NCBI GenBank assembly: GCA_003224105.1
Contig: QHYL01000409.1
Span: 1 to 43,856, forward strand
Reading direction: 5' to 3'
Length of the DNA: 43,856 nt
From: Acidobacteriota bacterium
GTDB lineage: Bacteria > Acidobacteriota > Terriglobia > Acidiferrales > UBA7541
Every line of letters begins with the position of its first letter. Positions within the stretch are counted from its first letter, which is position 1. The notes under the pieces are model-generated. The model worked only from the letters and a program-made list of their open reading frames with translations, had not been told where the DNA came from and did no database searches. This document shows positions 42,592-43,856 of this stretch, one piece after another. A program made the translations under genes and the position numbers.

Positions 42592-42947
42592 CTCACCACC
42601 TCGATTCTTAATGGTCGTGCGAACCCCGCAGCACATCGCAGTTCCACACCAAGTCTGCAACCCTGGCTGCAGACCTATCCAGACTAGGAAGCAGGGTCCT
42701 AAACTACAATCCGGTGAGTACACGAAACCCTATGTAGGTGAATCTCCTACGGTACCTCGGGGCGGAGGTTGCAAGGTCTGCTTTGATCGCGTTAAATATT
42801 TTGTTTTCAGGGATTTACTGTTCTTTTGCGCGGTGGCCTATCTGATTTTTCCGAGCGTCAAGTTCAATGCAACCAAGGAACACATCACGGGTTCAATCCC
42901 TGGACTGGCGCGCACGCATTGGCGCGGCTGCAAATAGGAGGAAAGGC
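42592..42947. promoter_or_regulatory. Divergent promoter region with palindromes
   Basis: Non-coding gap between divergent genes; TAGGA-N7-TCCTA (42685-42701), GTAGGTGAATCTCCTAC (42734-42750), GTCTGCA/TGCAGAC (42653-42674); AT-rich stretch around 42790-42830. Confidence 0.55.
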
Positions 42948-43499
42948 ATGAAAGGTGCTCTCATCTTAGCTGTTCTATTCGCAGCTCCAGTGTTCGCTCA
43001 AAACAACACAACGCAAGTTGGTCTGCAAGGTCCTTGCGGTCATGATCAAGCTCGCTTCGACGTGGAAAAGGTGTCAGGCCCTCCCATTACGCAAGCCGTA
43101 TCCGGTAAAGCCATGGTCTTTGTAAGCGAGGTTTTCAAAAAGGCTACAGGCGAAATGGGCGACCCTACACTTCGCATAGGGGTAGATGGCGAATGGGTCG
43201 GCGCCGTCAAGGGTAACTCCTATTTTTCTTTCAACGTGGAACCTGGCGAGCACCACCTGTGCTTGAAGTGGCAATCGCACTTCAAGCGGCTTTCTAGGGA
43301 AGCTGCCTTTACCGTCTTCGCTGCCGGGGCAGGGAAGCAGCATTACTTCCGCGCACGCGTCACCTATGAGCTTGGACCGGATAACGGACACGGCAACAAT
43401 GTTACGGGGATGTCCATCACATTGGACCCGATAAGCTCCGATGAAGGACAATATCTTGTCGCCTCGAATCCCATGAGCGTTCCGCATATTAAAAGATAG
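42948..43499 (+). CDS. Exported DUF2846-like protein
   Basis: AGGAGG RBS then MKGALILAVLFAAPVFAQ signal peptide; VDGEWVGAVKGNSYFSFNVEPGEHHLC resembles DUF2846. Confidence 0.72.
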   Translation: MKGALILAVLFAAPVFAQNNTTQVGLQGPCGHDQARFDVEKVSGPPITQAVSGKAMVFVSEVFKKATGEMGDPTLRIGVDGEWVGAVKGNSYFSFNVEPGEHHLCLKWQSHFKRLSREAAFTVFAAGAGKQHYFRARVTYELGPDNGHGNNVTGMSITLDPISSDEGQYLVASNPMSVPHIKR

Positions 43500-43517
43500 G
43501 TTCTTAGTGCAAGGACA

Positions 43518-43656
43518 TGAGCGGCCTGAGACATAGGTAACACATTGTACCGGACACATGGGTGACACTTTTTCCCTTTAGGGGAGGGAGTGAATGCCTT
43601 GGAAGGAGTGTTCGGTTATGGATGAACGTGTTCGTTTTGTAGGGCGCTTGCTAGAC
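43518..43656 (+). mobile_element. IS481-family remnant: left end plus the first 21 transposase codons
   Basis: Two 19-nt imperfect direct repeats (43525-43543, 43550-43568; 15/19 identical), GGAGGGAG RBS, ATG 43594 encoding MPWKECSVMDERVRFVGRLLD, recognised as an IS481 transposase N-terminus; the frame then loses similarity and stops at 43743. Confidence 0.75.
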
Positions 43657-43748
43657 CCCCCGGTGAACGGACGTGAACGGACGGGGCTGACCTGCCCCCC
43701 CCCGGATCCGCAGGTTGGATCATACGACATTCGCATCCTGTGAGCGGG

Positions 43749-43793
43749 TTCCTTCCTCCGGCGTAGCGCGAAGCGCGGAGCCGGAGGAAGGAA
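43749..43793. repeat. 14-bp perfect inverted repeat enclosing a GCGC-GAA-GCGC mini-hairpin
   Basis: TTCCTTCCTCCGGC (43749-43762) / GCCGGAGGAAGGAA (43780-43793), loop GTAGCGCGAAGCGCGGA. Confidence 0.8.
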
Positions 43794-43856
43794 GAAGTTG
43801 CCGCGCGAACGCCGCTGGCGTTTGATAGCCCAGCGAACTGTGCGGCCGCTCCTCGT

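Noticed and set aside
42592-42947. Sigma-54 promoter expected for PEP-CTERM-type loci; extended N-termini of wza (42723) and the DUF2846-like gene (42867)
   Set aside because: No convincing TGGCAC-N5-TTGC found; the downstream ATGs have strong RBSs and give plausible N-termini.
43525-43682. Short direct repeats as a CRISPR array
   Set aside because: Only two copies each with 6-nt or no spacer; better explained as IS end repeats. No CRISPR, tRNA or rRNA was recognised in the window.

Overview
Almost the whole window (1-42591) is one co-oriented minus-strand gene run of 29 CDSs (>42 kb, continuing off the left edge) encoding a Wzx/Wzy-dependent exopolysaccharide/capsule system of the type usually linked to PEP-CTERM/exosortase loci; gene style suggests Acidobacteriota (inference only). 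It starts with an export module (Wza, outer-membrane beta-barrel, chain-length protein, ExeA-like ATPase, CpsD/CapB kinase), then a NusG-paralogue antiterminator preceded by a perfect ops element. The biosynthetic part has WcaJ, four GT4, one GT2, Wzy-like and Wzx proteins, an AlgD-like dehydrogenase and a heparinase II/III-like protein. It also carries an unusually large tailoring set: three AsnB amidotransferases, three GNATs, an AT3 acyltransferase, a carbamoyltransferase, a deacetylase with a degenerate formyltransferase-like domain, and a Trm112-methyltransferase fusion missed by the ORF track. The most striking part is an 11 kb block with two carrier-protein modules (LLM monooxygenase / DltA-like adenylation enzyme / ACP / GNAT / carbamoyltransferase, and AsnB / ACP / AMP-ligase / NadE paralogue) that looks like NRPS-style chemistry for decorating a polysaccharide. 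The right end holds a divergent DUF2846-like gene and an interrupted IS481 remnant. All family calls are from motifs read by eye; no searches were run.
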